Origin: Rhizomicrobium sp.
GTDB taxonomy: Bacteria; Pseudomonadota; Alphaproteobacteria; Micropepsales; Micropepsaceae
Length of the DNA: 32,000 nt
Assembly (NCBI GenBank): GCA_035944195.1
Contig: DASZBL010000024.1
Coordinates: 8,720 to 40,719, forward strand
Direction of reading: 5' to 3'
The notes beneath the pieces are model-generated. The model saw only the letters and a list, made by a program, of their open reading frames with translations. It had not been told where the DNA came from and ran no database searches. Numbering within the stretch: position 1 is the first letter of the stretch; each line of letters begins with the position of its first letter. A program made the translations under genes and the position numbers. Below, in pieces: positions 8,305 to 18,094 of the stretch.

Positions 8305-11300
8305 TCAAAAGTTCTTCGTGACACGCACGCCGTAGAGGCGCGGGTCGGTCAGGAACACATTCGTGGTAAGCCCCGTGTCGTCGCTGTTCAGGAAAGCACC
8401 GGTTATCGCCGTCGTGTCGAAGACATTCTTAAGATAACCCAGCACCTGCCATCCGTTGGCGCTGGTGAGGATCAGCGCAAGGTTTACGTTGGAATAGCCT
8501 CTGATCTTGTCGTAAGGCTGGTCGTTGAATACCCGCGCAAAGCTCTGTGATTGCCAGTAGAAGTCGCTGTGCAGTGTTGCCGCCCAATCTTCCGACACCG
8601 GCATCGTGTATTCTGCCGACAGCGATGTCGTGAAATGCGGCGCATTGGGAAGTTGGTTGCCACCGAGGTTCTTGGCAAACCCTTCGCCATCATTGATGGC
8701 GGGTAGCGTCGGATCGAATCCCGGATAACCGGCGGGTATGGGGAAAGGAGGTTCTGCGGCGCTGGAGCCCCCCGTGTATCCTACGCCACCCAACCCTGTT
8801 GGATTTGGCGCATAAGGGTAGTCTGTGACCGGGTCGAGGTGTTGCTTATATGCAAGCGAGCAAGCGAAGATGGCATCGCCCGGACTACCGGAGTGAGCAG
8901 CTTGTACCTGATTTACCGTTAGCAAAGCCGCCACGACATAAGTAGGAAAAATGCAATTTGACGTGTCCGTCGGAAACGGTTTGAGAACCATCCAACCGGG
9001 CATTCCCGCCGTTCGGTCCATCAGATCGATGGAGCTTTGTCCATTGGCGATGCGCGTGTCCTCGTAACCACCCGCGAAGGAGAATTTCAGACCCGGCGCT
9101 GGTTCCCAACTTGTTTCGAGTTCGGCACCCTTCACCGTGGCGTTGAAATTCAGATTAATAGATGTGCGGTCCACGATTTCTGAGATCTGGTAGTTCTTGT
9201 AATCGTAATAAAAAATATCACCGTTCAGCGTCAGCGCGCCATCGAGCAAGGTGTTCTTTGAACCGAGCTCGTATGCATTGATGAATTCCGGCTTGAACGT
9301 CAGCGGGTGAATCGGCTCCGGCACGTTGGAAGCATAGAGGCTGTCAAGCACTGCTCCGGGCGGGTTGGCACCGCCAGCTTTGTAACCATGGGCGAAGGAG
9401 CCATAGACCAGAGTCTGATCCGTGAAATCGAGTTTGGGTGTCCAATTTGCGGCAGCGCGCCCAGTGAGTTGATCCCACTGCTGGTTCACGACACCCGTGA
9501 CGGGGTAGCCATAACCCTGCGTGATGACTTCGCTCGGGATGTTGATGAAGCGTTTGCGATCTTCGGTCCAGCGCAGGCCGCCTGTGAGCTTCAGATCGTC
9601 GGCAAGGTTGTAATACGCCTCGCCAAACCCGGCATAGGAATTCAATTCGTAAGGATTCTGGCTCAGGAAATAATTGTGCCCCTTGTTGTTAAGGCTCGAT
9701 ATCGGATTCGGGTCTGCATACACACAAGACTGCGTCGGCTCGCCGCCACCGTACAAAGGATCATTCCAATTGCTGTAACCTTGATTGCCCCGCCCGGCAT
9801 GCAGGCAATCGCTATTGTCTATGGTGGTACCATCGCCGAGATGATCTCCGGTCCTGAGCGTATAGGCCGTCAGCGCGTTGATAAAGACGTAGTAGTTTTC
9901 TTCAGTTTCGTAATGAAGATAATTGCCACCAACGCTGAAATTGAGTGGACCACCGAAGTTGGACGCCAGACGAAACTCCTGACTCAATTGCCAAGCATGC
10001 TCCTCGGAAAGATCCTCCGCTACGAGCCGGTCGCTGCAGCCCAACTGGAAATCGCAGAACAGAGCCGCATCCGAGGGAATTCCGTTCGTTCCGGCTGCCG
10101 GATCGGCGATAAACCCGTTGCCGCCGGCAAGCGGCGCTCCGAAGGACGCTTCGAATATGCCGGGTGACGTGTTGAACCGGTTGAAATCTTCCGTGGACCA
10201 CAAAAAATCCTGATTGTAACCGGTCTGCGATGTAACCGTCAGCGATGGAGTGATCGCATAATCGGTGTTGAGCTCGACGACGTCATCCTTGGCCTCGTAA
10301 TGCGGGTTGAGGGCTGATTCGATCACGCGCAGATTTCGCGATTGCACCGTACTTGCATAAGGATCGAGACCATTGTTCGCTGCATTTGCAACGCCCAATG
10401 CAACGACATAGGGAAGCGAGAAACCGTAGGGTACCAGGAATGCGTCAGGCGAATATAACGATGTTGCTTGGCAGCTTTGACTCATATAATCGGCATCGAG
10501 TTCCAAAGCCCCCCCGAATGTGCTCGTATCGCCGCCGGGTACATGCACTCCGTTGACCGACGTGGGCGGCTGCGCCGTTTTGCAAAGCTGCTTGGCGGTG
10601 CGCATGCGGTCGTCGCTTTCACCGAAATGCTCCCACACCAGCGTCGCCTGCAGATTCTCGGTCGGCTTTAGGCCCAGAGTCACGCGGCCGGACCATAGAT
10701 CGCGCCCGTCGATCGGTTGATTGGTGATTGCGTTGAAGCTGTAGCCATCGCGCTTGGTCCACTCACCGGCTATACGCAGGTCGGCGCGGTCATCCACGAT
10801 GGGAATGTTGATCATGCCTTCGAAGCGACGGTTGTGATAATTGCCGATATCTGCGGAGGCCATCGCTTCGAATTGGTCGGTGGGCTTGGCAGAAATAACG
10901 TTGACGACGCCCGCTGTCGCATTGCGCCCATAGAGTGTGCCCTGCGGGCCACGTAGAACTTCTACCTGATTGACGTCGTAGAATTCCTGCTCGAAGAAGT
11001 GATTGCGGATGAAAGGCGTGTCGTTGAACGCAACCGCGACGGCGGGATCGGTCGTGACCGAAATCGCCTGCGTGCCGATGCCGCGTATCTGGATATTGTA
11101 GCCGGTGAAATTTGTTTTCGAGAAGGTGAGGTTCGGAACTTCCTTTACCAGATCGGGACCGCCCGCAATCTGGCGCGACGTAAGCTGTTCCTGCGAAAGC
11201 GCCGTGATGGCAATTGGAACGGTTTGGATGTCGCCTTTGATCTTCGACGATGTAACGACCACGGATTCGATCGCGGCCGATGCTGCGGCCAGGCGCAAGG

Positions 11301-11643
11301 GTGCGATCTGCGTCACCCTGCTGTCAGATATCTCCGGCGCATTGCGGCCGCGCACGACTGCAATCGCGCCCGATTCCTGCTGTGTCACAAAACCCGTTCC
11401 GGACAGGATGCGCGATAACGCGGCGGTAGCGGTCAGCTCGCCCTTGGCGCCTTTTGTGTGCACGCCTCTCAACTCATCGTCAGGATACATGAGCGCGACG
11501 CGCGCCTGTTTCATATAGGCATCGAGTGCGCTTTTCAGATCGCCGCCCGGAATATCGAAATCGTTTGCGAATGCGCCTGTTGCCATAACGAGTGTGCTGG
11601 CGCCCGCCAGAATAGCCGATTTCAGATGTTTTCGTTTGGTCAT
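8305..11643 (-). CDS. TonB-dependent receptor with STN signalling domain, 1112 aa, paralog 2
   Basis: Same architecture as 1919-5257. The plug segment and the last ~120 aa are almost identical at protein level. STN-like segment FDIPGGDLKSALDAYMKQARVALMYP. Ends VRVTKNF. RBS AGGAGGGGGAA lies before ATG 11643. Confidence 0.95.
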   Translation of the reverse strand: MTKRKHLKSAILAGASTLVMATGAFANDFDIPGGDLKSALDAYMKQARVALMYPDDELRGVHTKGAKGELTATAALSRILSGTGFVTQQESGAIAVVRGRNAPEISDSRVTQIAPLRLAAASAAIESVVVTSSKIKGDIQTVPIAITALSQEQLTSRQIAGGPDLVKEVPNLTFSKTNFTGYNIQIRGIGTQAISVTTDPAVAVAFNDTPFIRNHFFEQEFYDVNQVEVLRGPQGTLYGRNATAGVVNVISAKPTDQFEAMASADIGNYHNRRFEGMINIPIVDDRADLRIAGEWTKRDGYSFNAITNQPIDGRDLWSGRVTLGLKPTENLQATLVWEHFGESDDRMRTAKQLCKTAQPPTSVNGVHVPGGDTSTFGGALELDADYMSQSCQATSLYSPDAFLVPYGFSLPYVVALGVANAANNGLDPYASTVQSRNLRVIESALNPHYEAKDDVVELNTDYAITPSLTVTSQTGYNQDFLWSTEDFNRFNTSPGIFEASFGAPLAGGNGFIADPAAGTNGIPSDAALFCDFQLGCSDRLVAEDLSEEHAWQLSQEFRLASNFGGPLNFSVGGNYLHYETEENYYVFINALTAYTLRTGDHLGDGTTIDNSDCLHAGRGNQGYSNWNDPLYGGGEPTQSCVYADPNPISSLNNKGHNYFLSQNPYELNSYAGFGEAYYNLADDLKLTGGLRWTEDRKRFINIPSEVITQGYGYPVTGVVNQQWDQLTGRAAANWTPKLDFTDQTLVYGSFAHGYKAGGANPPGAVLDSLYASNVPEPIHPLTFKPEFINAYELGSKNTLLDGALTLNGDIFYYDYKNYQISEIVDRTSINLNFNATVKGAELETSWEPAPGLKFSFAGGYEDTRIANGQSSIDLMDRTAGMPGWMVLKPFPTDTSNCIFPTYVVAALLTVNQVQAAHSGSPGDAIFACSLAYKQHLDPVTDYPYAPNPTGLGGVGYTGGSSAAEPPFPIPAGYPGFDPTLPAINDGEGFAKNLGGNQLPNAPHFTTSLSAEYTMPVSEDWAATLHSDFYWQSQSFARVFNDQPYDKIRGYSNVNLALILTSANGWQVLGYLKNVFDTTAITGAFLNSDDTGLTTNVFLTDPRLYGVRVTKNF

Positions 11644-11683
11644 TTCCCCCTCCTTGCGGTTTTCACCGCCCTGTTTTTGAAAC

Positions 11684-12667
11684 TCAATGCTGAATCACGA
11701 TGTCCTTGTCCCGATAGATCACCCGCAATCCCAGAACATCGCGCGCCACCCGTGCGAACCGTTCGACATCGTTGATCGGAAACGTGGCGCCGATCATGCG
11801 ATTGGCTGCAACCGGATCTTCGACGATGAGCTTTTCGCGGTTGTAGCGATTGAACTCGGCGGCGGCATCGGCGAGCCTTGTGTGCGTGAAGATCAGCACG
11901 CCACGGCGCCAGGTCAGCTCATTGGCCAGTTCTGCCGGTGAAATTTTCGCCATGATTGTCGAATTTGCAGTAGCGACGACCGCGTCTCCCCGCGATAGCA
12001 ACGCTGCCTGAAGCGGCGCCTTTTCGTCGGAAGCTTTGAATGCAACCAGGCCCTGCTCCACCGCAACCTCGAGGCGGCCGGCGTCGCGCCGCACAAGGAA
12101 TTTGGTACCGAGATCAGTGATGCGGTGATTGCCGACAAATACGACGAAGGGATGCGCGGCGTCATGCTGCACCTGAAAATAGGCCTCGCCCTTGTCGAGC
12201 CATATCGTTCGCTGATCCGTCGTCATGCGCGCACGCAGGATCGTGTCGGTGTTCAGCTCGATTTTCGTGCCGTCGGCAAATCCGACGACTTCATGGCCTC
12301 CGATGGTGGTCGTGAAGGTTCGCACCTGCGCATGCGCTGGAAGGAATTTGCCGGCGCTCACGCCGATAACCGCGAGTGCCGCCAGCGATGCGGCAATCCC
12401 CACGATGGCCGGCAAAATTCGAAATCGAGACGCTTTTTTTACATCGCCCGGCCCGCGCAAAGCTGCCAGGCGCCCGGTTCGCCCCCACGCCGCTTCCAAT
12501 CGCAGAAATGCTACTTCGCGGGCGGAGGATTCATTCATCCAGGCGTTGAATGCGATTTGCGCAGGGTCGTCCCAGTTTCCGAATTGGCGGCGCTCCAGCC
12601 ATCGCGCCGCCTGCGCTTCGATTTCGTCGGCGCCTGTGGCCACCGGGTTTTCGGAAACAATGCTCAT
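11684..12667 (-). CDS. FecR-like anti-sigma factor, paralog 2
   Basis: AARWLERRQFGNWDDPAQIAFNAWMNESSAREVAFLRLEAAW, a TM (ILPAIVGIAASLAALAVIGV), and a FecR-type periplasmic region. ATGA overlap with the sigma stop. Confidence 0.9.
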   Translation of the reverse strand: MSIVSENPVATGADEIEAQAARWLERRQFGNWDDPAQIAFNAWMNESSAREVAFLRLEAAWGRTGRLAALRGPGDVKKASRFRILPAIVGIAASLAALAVIGVSAGKFLPAHAQVRTFTTTIGGHEVVGFADGTKIELNTDTILRARMTTDQRTIWLDKGEAYFQVQHDAAHPFVVFVGNHRITDLGTKFLVRRDAGRLEVAVEQGLVAFKASDEKAPLQAALLSRGDAVVATANSTIMAKISPAELANELTWRRGVLIFTHTRLADAAAEFNRYNREKLIVEDPVAANRMIGATFPINDVERFARVARDVLGLRVIYRDKDIVIQH

Positions 12668-13245
12668 TTCTGCCTCCGCAAATCCGCCGGCGCGCCGTAA
12701 AGAATATCGGCGAGCGCGCGCATGCCTTTGGCGATGTGTTCGGTCACCGTGTCTTCGCTGACACCCATGCGCATGGCAATTTCGCGCCGCGGCAAGTTTT
12801 CGATGCGGCCCAAAATGACGGCTTCACGGCAGCGCGGAGGAAGCCGGTCGAGTGCTGATTGCAGGTGACGCAGTTCATCGCGGGCGGCGACATTGCGCTC
12901 CGGCCCCGGCTCGTCCTTTGCGATAGCCAGCGCATCGAGATCGGCGACGGCTTCGATGGGAATGATACGCTCGCGTCGAACGCGATTGATCAGAAGATTG
13001 CGCGCCGTCGCAAAAACGAATTGCTTGGCTCGAACGGGGATCTCCTTCTTCGCCGCATCGAACACGCGCACATAGACTTCCTGCCTCAGATCGGCGATGT
13101 CGCTTTTGTTGCGCCAATTGTGTTGCAGAAACTGCATCAGAGCGGCCTCCAGCGGCAGCACTTCACGGACAAACCAGTCGCGCACGTCGGGCGACGTCAT
13201 GCCCACGCCAGCGTCATTTCGACCGGTGTCCGATGTCTCGATCAT
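12664..13245 (-). CDS. ECF (FecI-type) sigma factor, cassette 2
   Basis: Track ORF 12664..13446 (260 aa) is over-extended. ATG 13245 (MIETSDTGRNDAGVGMTSPDVRDWFVREVLPLE...) gives a size matching the paralogs and is preceded by the conserved GGGGG. Confidence 0.88.
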   Translation of the reverse strand: MIETSDTGRNDAGVGMTSPDVRDWFVREVLPLEAALMQFLQHNWRNKSDIADLRQEVYVRVFDAAKKEIPVRAKQFVFATARNLLINRVRRERIIPIEAVADLDALAIAKDEPGPERNVAARDELRHLQSALDRLPPRCREAVILGRIENLPRREIAMRMGVSEDTVTEHIAKGMRALADILYGAPADLRRQK

Positions 13246-13404
13246 CCCCCGTGAGCTTCCTGCCTTTCGAGGGTTGAAGCTTACGCCTACATGTGGGTAG
13301 ACAATGAAGGTCGCCGCCGCCGGGGTTGGGCGGAAAAATAATTTCGATGCGGCGGCGCAGCATCGGAATTTGCTAGGAAATCCACGGCTAATCGCTATAC
13401 AGCG
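13246..13404 (-). promoter_or_regulatory. Leader/promoter region of the cassette-2 sigma gene
   Basis: Minus-strand reading contains ATTATTTTTCCGCCC, TTCATTGTCTACCC and CAACCCTCGAAAGGCAGG. These match the boxes at 474-600 and 19660-19800. Confidence 0.3.
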
Positions 13405-13437
13405 CAAAACAAAGGCGGCGGATTCGCATCCGCCGCC
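13405..13437 (-). terminator. Rho-independent terminator closing cassette 3
   Basis: Perfect 10-bp stem GGCGGCGGAT / ATCCGCCGCC (13414-13423 / 13428-13437) with loop TCGC. On the minus strand it is followed by TTTGTTTTG, about 25 nt downstream of the OMP stop at 13463. Confidence 0.75.
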
Positions 13438-13462
13438 CGTTATCAAGAAGAACTTCTGCCCG

Positions 13463-14620
13463 TCAGTCGCCTATGCCAACACTGATACTCGCGAAGGTGC
13501 CGAAGAAGCCACGGTTCTCGGATTTGCGCGCATCGATGCCGCCATCCATGGCGCCGAAGAAGAAGTCGGCCTTGTAGCCGAAGCTCATTTTGAAATCCTG
13601 CAACCGCCACGACAGCCCAACCGAACCTCCGAGATTGGGAACGGTCACGCCGCGCGAGCGCGCGTGTGTGGCGGCAAATTGCGCAGTTGTATGTGGCACC
13701 GCAGTTTGGCGGAAGACCGAGACAAGCCCATATCGCGCCGTCGATTGATGATGCGTCTTGGCTTTTTGCCGGCCGAACAAAAGGGCTCCGTTGATTGCCC
13801 AATCCGCTATGATCTCGCCATCCTGAACATTGCCGGCGAGCGGAACAGAGGATTTCCACGAGAGCGACGGTCCGACACCGCTGAAGCTGCGCTCGGCAAC
13901 CAGGCTCGCACGATTGGTGTGGAACGGCTGATTTAGGAGATGGAGGTGATAACCATAGTACGTTATGTATTTGTGCTTGAACTGCCAGTCCGGATCGGAT
14001 TTCAACGCGAAATTGGACATGCCCTTGAATTGCGCGAAGCGCATACCAACACTGACCGAGGACGAACCATCCTGATTTCCGAACAGACCAAGCCCCAAAT
14101 CTTTCCCCGCCTGGAAATCGAGAATGACGTGTTTTTCGCTGTTGTGCGCTTGCGTCTCCGCAAATCTATGCGCAACCGGACTATCCAATACTTTAATAGT
14201 AGGACGGCTAGTCAATGGATATTTGTAAGTCGGCACCGGGCTCGTCTGCTGGTCTTCATGCTTGTAGGACTTCGAACGGCCATACTGGATCGATGCGCTG
14301 AACGACCAATCGGAATTTTCGGGCTCGAAAGATAGCCTGCCATATTCATCGATGCTGTAGCGCGGCGGCTTTTCGAATTTCTGCGAAGGTTCGAAAATCG
14401 TCGGGCGGCTAGCCAGGAGCGGCGGTGCGAAAGTTTCCTGACCGTCCTGCAATTGGCTGAACTGCCCGCCGAGTTCAATCCAAACCGTCGCACGATCCAC
14501 ATCTTCCGCGCGGGCAAAACCAAGCGATGAGGTATATGCAAGCGCCAAGGCGGAGGCGCCAGTCAGTAACTTCCAGCGGATCGTAACGCGATTATCGTTT
14601 TTGTTGATGAGTTCGCTCAT
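13463..14620 (-). CDS. Putative outer-membrane beta-barrel (porin-like) protein, paralog 3
   Basis: Track ORF 13463..14638. Preferred start is ATG 14620 (MSELINKNDNRVTIRWKLL...) after GGGGGGTAGAA. Ends ...FFGTFASISVGIGD. Confidence 0.8.
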   Translation of the reverse strand: MSELINKNDNRVTIRWKLLTGASALALAYTSSLGFARAEDVDRATVWIELGGQFSQLQDGQETFAPPLLASRPTIFEPSQKFEKPPRYSIDEYGRLSFEPENSDWSFSASIQYGRSKSYKHEDQQTSPVPTYKYPLTSRPTIKVLDSPVAHRFAETQAHNSEKHVILDFQAGKDLGLGLFGNQDGSSSVSVGMRFAQFKGMSNFALKSDPDWQFKHKYITYYGYHLHLLNQPFHTNRASLVAERSFSGVGPSLSWKSSVPLAGNVQDGEIIADWAINGALLFGRQKAKTHHQSTARYGLVSVFRQTAVPHTTAQFAATHARSRGVTVPNLGGSVGLSWRLQDFKMSFGYKADFFFGAMDGGIDARKSENRGFFGTFASISVGIGD

Positions 14621-14631
14621 TTCTACCCCCC

Positions 14632-17600
14632 TCACCAATTCTTCGTGACGCGCACGCCGAAGAGGCGCGGGTCGGTCAGGAAGACGTTGGTGGTCAATCC
14701 GCTATCGTCAGAGTTCAGGAAATCACCGGTGATGGTCGTCGTGTTGAACACGTTCTTGAGATAGCCCATCGCCTGCCATCCCGACGCACTCGTCAGGATC
14801 AGCGCCAGATTGACGTTGGAATACCCGCGGATTTTGTCGTAAGGCCGGTCGTTAAAGACACGCGCCCAGCTCTGCGATTGCCAGTAAAGATCGGTATGCG
14901 CAGTTGCTGCCCAATCCTCCGATACCGGCATCGTATAATCGGCCGAGAGCGATGTGGTGAAATGCGGCGCATTGGGAAGCTCGTTGCCGCCTAGATTCTT
15001 GGCCCAACCCTCGCCGTGGTTTGGAGCTGTTGCTGGATCCCAGCCGGGATAGGGACCAGGATCATATAAGGAGCCCGCCGCACCATCGATGTAGTCGTCC
15101 GGAAATTTTGGGTTGGCCTTATAGGTGTTATACGTAACCGGGTCCAAGCCATATTGATAAGCAGTGGAGCAAGCGCCAGGAACGGTTCTTACGCCATAAC
15201 CAGTTCCCGTTGGCGGCGCGACGGTTACGAGGGCAGCCATGACATAGACCGGCAGAATGCAGTTCGACGCCTGCGTTACGAATGGTTTGACGACCATCCA
15301 ATCGGGATGCTCAGCCAGATCGGCCCGATCCATGAGATCGATTGAGCTTTGGCCATTGTCGATGCGCGTATCTTCGTAATCGCCGGCAAAGTTGAATTTG
15401 AGTCCGGGCGTCGGTTCCCACATCGCCTCGACTTCCGCGCCTCGCACAGTCGCGTCGAAATTGTCGTTGATCGAGGTGCGATCCACGATGCGTGATATCT
15501 GATAGGCTTTATAATTGTAGAAGAAGACGTCGCCGTTCAATGTCAAGCCGCCATCAAACGCCGTGTTCTTGGTGCCAAGTTCGTAGGCATCCACGAACTC
15601 CGGCTTGAAAGTTAGCGGATGTATTGGATCGGAAATTCCTGTGTTGTTGAATTCCAAAAGCGTGGCGCCCGGCGGATTGGCGCCGCCGGCCTTGTAGCCA
15701 TGGGCGTAAGATCCATAGACAAGTGTTTGATCGGTGAAATCGAGTTTCGGCGTCCAATTTGTAGCAAGGCGCCCTGTCAGCTCATTCCATTTCTGATCGA
15801 CGATCCTGGTTACGGAATAGCCATACCCGCCAGTGAGTAACTGGCTTGGAATGTCGAGGAAGTGCTTCTGATCGTCTGTAAAGCGCAGGCCGCCGGTCAG
15901 CTTCAGATCATTGGCGACATTATAATAAACTTCGCCAAATCCGGCATAGGAATTGAGCGTGTATGGATTCTGGCTGAGGAAATAGTTGTGGCCCTCATTA
16001 TTCAAATGACTGAGCGGATTTGGATCTATGTAGCCGCACGGTATTTGTCCCTCGACACCCGTATGGCTCGGGATATTTGGATTTGGCGGCTCAAGGCCGC
16101 CAGCCATGCAATTCGAATTGTCAGAGACGCCCGCGACCCAAGGCTGCGTCTGATCGGAATCAGCGCTGACAACGCCGCTGTGCACAGACGTGTAAATCGC
16201 CATGGTCAGCGAATTGATAAAGACATAGTAGTTTTCTTCGGTTTCATAATGCAGGAAATTGCCGCCGATGCTGAAGTTGAGCGGCCCGCTGAAATTTGAA
16301 GCCAGACGAAATTCCTGGCTGAGCTGCCAGGCCTTTTCGTCATTCAAGTCCTGAGCAACCAGCCGATCGCTGCAACCCAGTTGCGGATCGCAAAAGATAC
16401 CGATCGGCGAACAATATCCTTCGCCGGGCGTGAATGAGCCAGGCGTCGTACAGTTCTTTCCGCTGTCGTAGTAGACACCGAGGTTAGGTTCAGCGGTTGT
16501 TGTGTTCCTGCCGCTGTCGTCGACGGTGAAAGCACCCGGCCTTGTGTTGAAGCGGTTGTAATCTTCTGTCGACCATAGAAAGTCGTGATTGTACCCCGTC
16601 TGCGAAGTGAACGTCAGATCGGGTGCCACGCTGTAGTCGGCATTCAGTTCGATCGTGTCGTTTTTCGCTTTGTAGATCGGAGGCACGGTCGTTTCGATCA
16701 CGCGCAGATGGGTCGATTGCGACTGGTTTGCGTATGGATCGAAGGCATTGAATTCGGCAGTGATGGGGACGCCTTCGAAGCCGAGCGGCTCGTAATAAGG
16801 CAGCGTATATCCGTTCGGAACACCAAATGCACCGTAATCGCCATGAGCCGGATCGCCCTTGTCATAGAGCGAAACGGGCAGACAACTCTGGCTCAAATAG
16901 ATCGCGCCCGAATAACCCAAGGGAGGGCTGGGCGGCGGCACATAGGCGCCGTTGATGTTGGTGGGAATTGGAGCTGTTTTGCAAAGCTGCTTGCTCGTGC
17001 GCAGACGATCATCGCTTTCCTGGCAGTGCTCCCAGACGACCCATGCCTGCAATTTCTCTGACGGCTTGATCGCCAGTGTCACGCGCGTGGACCAGAGATC
17101 GCGGCCGTCAATAGGGCTGCTGGTCAGTGCATTGGTCGAATAACCATTACGCTTCGTCCATTCGCCAGCGATACGCAGATCGGCGCGATCATCCACAACG
17201 GGAATGTTCACCATGCCTTCGAACCGGCGGTTGTGGTAGTTGCCGAAATCGGCGGAAGCCATGGCTTCAAACTGATCAGTCGGTTTGGCGGAAATGACGT
17301 TCACCACACCCGCAGTCGCATTACGCCCATAAAGCGTACCTTGCGGTCCACGCAAAACTTCGACCTGATTGACGTCGAAGAATTCCTGCTCGAAGAAATG
17401 ATTGCGGATAAACGGAATATCGTTCAGTGCGACGGCCACCGCCGGATCGGTGGTGACCGAAATTGCTTGAGTGCCAATGCCGCGGATCTGGATGGTATAG
17501 CCGCTGAAATTGGTTTTGGAGAAAGTAAGGTTCGGAACTTCCTTTACGAGATCGGGACCGCCTGCGATCTGTCGAGACGTCAATTGTTCTTGCGACAGCG

Positions 17601-18042
17601 CGGTGATGGCAATCGGAACCGTTTGGATATCACCTTTGATCTTTGAGGATGTGACGACCACGCTTTCAATTCCCGCCGCCGCCGCTGCTGCCACCCTCAC
17701 TGGAGTTGTTGGCATCAATTCGTTGACGCGCTGGGAGGGTTCGTCGTGAACCACGGCGATGGCGCCTGTTGGCGTGCGATGCGGTGAAAATCCTGTACCT
17801 TCCAGGATGCGCGAGAGTGCGGCCGTCGCAGTGAGTTCGCCTTTCGCGCCTTTGGTGCGCGCGCCCTTGATGGCTTCATCCGACACAATCAGCGGAATGA
17901 CGGCCTGCATCGAATAGGCATTGAGCGCGGTCTCCAGATCGCCGCCCGGAATGTTGAAATTCGCGGCGAATGCGCTTGCGCTCAGCGCAATTGCCGACAC
18001 GCCCCCTGCGAGCGCGGATTTCAGAATGTTGGATTTTCTCAT
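14632..18042 (-). CDS. TonB-dependent receptor with STN signalling domain, ~1136 aa, paralog 3
   Basis: Track ORF 14632..18093. Preferred start is ATG 18042 (MRKSNILKSALAGGVSAIALSASAFA...) after AGGGGGGAGTG. It has the same plug and C-terminus as its paralogs, plus extra Cys/Gly/Thr-rich loop insertions. Ends VRVTKNW. Confidence 0.93.
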   Translation of the reverse strand: MRKSNILKSALAGGVSAIALSASAFAANFNIPGGDLETALNAYSMQAVIPLIVSDEAIKGARTKGAKGELTATAALSRILEGTGFSPHRTPTGAIAVVHDEPSQRVNELMPTTPVRVAAAAAAGIESVVVTSSKIKGDIQTVPIAITALSQEQLTSRQIAGGPDLVKEVPNLTFSKTNFSGYTIQIRGIGTQAISVTTDPAVAVALNDIPFIRNHFFEQEFFDVNQVEVLRGPQGTLYGRNATAGVVNVISAKPTDQFEAMASADFGNYHNRRFEGMVNIPVVDDRADLRIAGEWTKRNGYSTNALTSSPIDGRDLWSTRVTLAIKPSEKLQAWVVWEHCQESDDRLRTSKQLCKTAPIPTNINGAYVPPPSPPLGYSGAIYLSQSCLPVSLYDKGDPAHGDYGAFGVPNGYTLPYYEPLGFEGVPITAEFNAFDPYANQSQSTHLRVIETTVPPIYKAKNDTIELNADYSVAPDLTFTSQTGYNHDFLWSTEDYNRFNTRPGAFTVDDSGRNTTTAEPNLGVYYDSGKNCTTPGSFTPGEGYCSPIGIFCDPQLGCSDRLVAQDLNDEKAWQLSQEFRLASNFSGPLNFSIGGNFLHYETEENYYVFINSLTMAIYTSVHSGVVSADSDQTQPWVAGVSDNSNCMAGGLEPPNPNIPSHTGVEGQIPCGYIDPNPLSHLNNEGHNYFLSQNPYTLNSYAGFGEVYYNVANDLKLTGGLRFTDDQKHFLDIPSQLLTGGYGYSVTRIVDQKWNELTGRLATNWTPKLDFTDQTLVYGSYAHGYKAGGANPPGATLLEFNNTGISDPIHPLTFKPEFVDAYELGTKNTAFDGGLTLNGDVFFYNYKAYQISRIVDRTSINDNFDATVRGAEVEAMWEPTPGLKFNFAGDYEDTRIDNGQSSIDLMDRADLAEHPDWMVVKPFVTQASNCILPVYVMAALVTVAPPTGTGYGVRTVPGACSTAYQYGLDPVTYNTYKANPKFPDDYIDGAAGSLYDPGPYPGWDPATAPNHGEGWAKNLGGNELPNAPHFTTSLSADYTMPVSEDWAATAHTDLYWQSQSWARVFNDRPYDKIRGYSNVNLALILTSASGWQAMGYLKNVFNTTTITGDFLNSDDSGLTTNVFLTDPRLFGVRVTKNW

Positions 18043-18094
18043 CACTCCCCCCTTCGTGCGGCTTCTCGCCACTGATTGCATTTGCCCCCGCACC

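Noticed and set aside
12664-13446. Over-long N-terminal extensions in the track: sigma 260 aa, FecR-like 18095..19243, TBDR 14632..18093, and OMPs starting at 1918, 8308 and 14638
   Set aside because: Paralog alignment, RBS placement and the conserved 4-nt overlaps support the shorter starts (13245, 19078, 18042, 1900, 8287, 14620). The extensions come from rare stop codons in GC-rich DNA or from alternative start codons.
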